DNA from: Candidatus Diapherotrites archaeon CG08_land_8_20_14_0_20_30_16
GTDB taxonomy: Archaea > Iainarchaeota > Iainarchaeia > Iainarchaeales > 0-14-0-20-30-16
Length of the DNA: 7,199 nt
Direction of reading: 5' to 3'
Assembly (NCBI GenBank): GCA_002779075.1
Contig: PEXK01000043.1
Location: forward strand, 1-7,199
Each line of letters starts with the position of its first letter. Position 1 is the stretch's first letter. Made by a program: the position numbers and the translations under genes. Positions 5,254 through 7,199 of this stretch are shown here, piece by piece. The notes beneath the pieces were generated by a model, which was not told the DNA's origin, ran no database searches, and was given only the letters and a program-made list of their open reading frames with translations.

Positions 5254-5297
5254 ATTACAACACTATCATAAAAAAAATAAAAGGGATTTTTATGACT
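5254..5297 (+). repeat. Copy A of an imperfect direct repeat of the DRG promoter/start region
   Basis: Copy A is ATTACAACACTATCATAAA, 19 nt, then ATGACT (ATG at 5292). Copy B is ATTATACAACAGTATCATAAA, 17 nt, then ATGACT (ATG at 5366). Copy A opens only a 4-codon ORF (MTQL, then a stop). Confidence 0.55.
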
Positions 5298-5327
5298 CAG
5301 TTGTAAATTTCTTCAAAAAAATCAGAA

Positions 5328-5371
5328 ATTATACAACAGTATCATAAATAATTGATGTGATATTTATGACT
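5328..5371 (+). repeat. Copy B of the direct repeat, containing the real DRG start
   Basis: See copy A. The two copies are offset by 74 nt (ATG to ATG). GTGAT at -9 to -5 of the ATG at 5366 is a partial Shine-Dalgarno motif. Confidence 0.55.
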
Positions 5372-6481
5372 ACTAATTTTGATTATGAATATGGAAAAGC
5401 ATTAGAACAATATGAAAATGCGAAAACTATAGACGAAAAAATCAAGGCATTAGAATTGATGCAAAGTACAGCACCAAGCCACAAAGGTGCTGAAAATTTG
5501 AGATCTGATATTGTTGGAAAGTTAGCTAAACTCAGACAGAAATTAGAGAAATCCAAAGCAGTTAAAGGTGGTTCAAAAGGATTAAGGTTTGCAAGAGATG
5601 ATTCTGCAACAGTTGTTTTGTTAGGTCTTCCAAATAGCGGTAAGAGCACTTTGCTTTCAAAAATAACAAATGCAAACCCTAAAATTAGTGATTATGCATT
5701 CACTACTAAAGTTCCTGAAATAGGAATAATGGAATATCAAGGAACAAAAATACAAATTGTTGAATTACCTGCTTTAGTTGAAGGTGCAAATAAAGGGCGG
5801 GCTCGCGGAAAAGAAATTTTAAGCCTTGCCAGAAATGGAGATTTGATAGTTCTGGTTTTGCTGGGGTCAAAAGAGGCAACAGAATACAGTTTAGATGTTT
5901 TGATTTCTGAACTCCAACTAAGTAATGTTGTAATTAATAAAAAAAAGCCGCAAATATCTATAAATAAAACAGGTTCTCAGGGAATCGAAATATTAGGTGA
6001 ACGAAATATTTTAGATGCTCCACAGAAACTGTATAATATACTAAAACAGAGATACTCTCACATAATTTTGCGAATTGATGAAAAAGCAAAAACAGATGAT
6101 ATTTTAGAAGCAATGGACTCAACAAAAAGTTATAAAAAAGTAATTGGTATCTGGTTAGATGGAAATGAAGACTGCACAATAAAAGGCATACCCATTTATA
6201 GTATGAAAATCATCCCCGAAATTAAAAAAACAATTTACAACAATTTAGATTTGATAATTGTTTATACAAGAAAACCTAGTGAGAAAGATAATGATAATGT
6301 TCCTGTTGCATTGAGGCAAAATAGCACAGTAAAAGATCTTTGCAACCTTCTTCATAAAGAATTTATTTTGAAGTTTAAGTTTGCAAGAGTTTGGGGTTCT
6401 GCAAAATATCCTGGCCAGCAGGTTTCTTTGAATTATGTTTTAAGTGCAAACGATATTGTTGAATTATATGTAAAAAACTAG
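5366..6481 (+). CDS. DRG-family (Obg/TRAFAC class) GTPase with a C-terminal TGS domain
   Basis: Three regions match DRG. The N-terminal helix is SHKGAENLRSDIVGKLAKLRQKL. G1 is GLPNSGKST (5624-5650) and G2 is YAFTT. The TGS region is IIVYTRKPSEKDNDNVPVALRQNSTVKDLCNLLHKEFILKFKFARVWGSAKYPGQQV, which parallels eukaryotic DRG1 (IYTKPKG...PVVL...TVEDFC..IHK...EFKYALVWG). I prefer the ATG at 5366 over the GTG at 5357. Confidence 0.85.
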   Translation: MTTNFDYEYGKALEQYENAKTIDEKIKALELMQSTAPSHKGAENLRSDIVGKLAKLRQKLEKSKAVKGGSKGLRFARDDSATVVLLGLPNSGKSTLLSKITNANPKISDYAFTTKVPEIGIMEYQGTKIQIVELPALVEGANKGRARGKEILSLARNGDLIVLVLLGSKEATEYSLDVLISELQLSNVVINKKKPQISINKTGSQGIEILGERNILDAPQKLYNILKQRYSHIILRIDEKAKTDDILEAMDSTKSYKKVIGIWLDGNEDCTIKGIPIYSMKIIPEIKKTIYNNLDLIIVYTRKPSEKDNDNVPVALRQNSTVKDLCNLLHKEFILKFKFARVWGSAKYPGQQVSLNYVLSANDIVELYVKN

Positions 6482-6484
6482 TTA

Positions 6485-6489
6485 TTTTT
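6485..6489 (+). terminator. Oligo-T run immediately after the DRG stop
   Basis: TTTTT begins 4 nt after the TAG (6479-6481). Archaeal termination commonly uses oligo-T tracts. Confidence 0.3.
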
Positions 6490-6509
6490 CTTAGAGTCAA
6501 TTCTAAAGA

Positions 6510-6531
6510 AACCTATATAAATCCATAGGTT
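6510..6531. promoter_or_regulatory. 7-bp stem hairpin that embeds a TATATAAA box upstream of the surface-protein gene
   Basis: AACCTAT (6510-6516), loop ATAAATCC, ATAGGTT (6525-6531). TATATAAA spans 6514-6521, about 80 nt upstream of the TTG start at 6600. Confidence 0.35.
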
Positions 6532-6599
6532 ATATTTAATTATCAAATTGATGGTTAGACATTGGTTTGTTACAATTATTGAACTAAGGTGAGGATTGC

Positions 6600-7199
6600 T
6601 TGGATTTTAATAGAGTTTTTTTGGTTTGTTTCTTTTTATTTGTGATTGCTGGTTTTTCATATGCTTTTACTGGTTGTCAGACCTTTACTGATGAAAATCT
6701 AGGTCAAACCCTTACTTTAGAAGCAGATATTAATTGATGGGTAGGTGATTGTTTTAGTTTAAGTACAACAGATGATTCCAATTATTTGGAAATAGATTGT
6801 GATAACTATAGTATTGATTCAAATGGGGATAGTTATAGGCTTTTTGATATAAATCAAGATATTAATAAGATTACATTTCGTAATTGTGATATTAATATAG
6901 TTAATTCCTTTGCCCAAGATTCCTTTGCCCAAGATTATTCTACTTTTTGTAAGTTTAGTTCTGAGGATTTAAATATATTGGAGATTTTGGATTCAAACAT
7001 ATATTTGAATAATGAGGTCTTTTTGAATTTTGGTTTTTTTGATACTAATTCTTTGGATTTAAATTTTAATGGTTCTTATTTTGAAGTTAGATAAATACCG
7101 TCATACTGGATTTTGTTGTCTTTGGGTTTAAATTATTTAAAGATATATGATTTAAATGTATCTTATGATGTTGATGATCCTGCAAAACCAATGATTGCT
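6600..7199 (+). pseudogene. Secreted, probably lipid-anchored, repeat-rich surface protein gene interrupted by in-frame TGA (6735-6737) and TAA (7092-7094); continues beyond the window
   Basis: A strong RBS, AAGGTGAGG (6586-6594), lies 5 nt before the TTG at 6600. The signal peptide is MDFNRVFLVCFFLFVIAGFSYAFTGC, with a lipobox-like FTGC. The same frame continues after the TGA (WVGDCFSLSTTDDSNYLEIDCDNYSIDSNGD...; track ORF 6786-7094). It is open again after the TAA to base 7199 (IPSYWILLSLGLNYLKIYDLNVSYDVDDPAKPMIA). Confidence 0.5.
6906..6935 (+). repeat. Perfect 15-bp tandem duplication (2 copies) inside the surface-protein ORF
   Basis: TCCTTTGCCCAAGAT occurs at 6906-6920 and again at 6921-6935. 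It is in frame and gives SFAQD-SFAQD. Confidence 0.9.

Noticed and set aside
5179-5271. Open frame in the purine-rich intergenic tract encoding a very basic peptide (TENRRNTRTSKKKSKPKVKMIYWPKITTLS)
   Set aside because: There is no start codon until the ATG at 5236, which leaves 11 codons. There is no RBS and no recognisable family. The basic composition follows from the A/G-rich strand. It may be a gene remnant, but that is unsupported.
5383-6179. Minus-strand ORFs 5383-5649 and 5958-6179
   Set aside because: They are antisense to the DRG GTPase gene and are shadow ORFs.
6735-6737. Genome-wide TGA reassignment (code 4 or code 25) as the explanation for the in-frame TGA
   Set aside because: The two long conserved genes (DRG at 371 codons, YvcK-like at about 416 codons) contain no TGA. 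Their conserved Trp residues use TGG, for example the VWG of the TGS domain. In an AT-rich genome with TGA as a sense codon, TGA should be frequent. The same gene also has an in-frame TAA. Local readthrough cannot be excluded.
1-7199. CRISPR arrays, tRNA/rRNA genes, transposases, integrases
   Set aside because: I found no regularly spaced repeats, no GC-rich cloverleaf-like segments and no ORFs with DDE, tyrosine-recombinase or serine-recombinase motifs on either strand.

Overview
The window is AT-rich and looks archaeal. It has a DRG/TGS-type GTPase and a PF02697-like VapB. TTTAAATA/TTTATATA boxes sit about 22-30 nt upstream of first-gene ATGs, and GGTGA/GAGG Shine-Dalgarno motifs precede operon-internal genes. 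A small-genome (DPANN-like) archaeon is my guess, and that is inference only. Gene order: (1) the 3' part of a COG1373-type AAA+ ATPase (DUF4143 region), open from base 1. (2) A minus-strand MNT/HepT toxin-antitoxin locus that appears decayed: HepT needs two frame changes and MNT lacks its catalytic core. (3) A tightly coupled plus-strand operon of five small polytopic membrane proteins (81-130 aa) that I cannot assign to any family; this is the best candidate for an undescribed system. (4) An intact vapBC (PF02697-like antitoxin plus PIN toxin). (5) A minus-strand YvcK/CofD-family (UPF0052) protein with an unusual N-terminal two-helix membrane anchor. (6) A DRG-family GTPase with a TGS domain, an atypical G3 and no NKxD G4, preceded by a duplicated promoter/start region. 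(7) A secreted, lipobox-bearing repeat-rich surface protein gene interrupted by in-frame TGA and TAA codons, running off the 3' end. I saw no rRNA, tRNA, CRISPR array or transposase. All family assignments come from motif recognition by eye; no database search was run.
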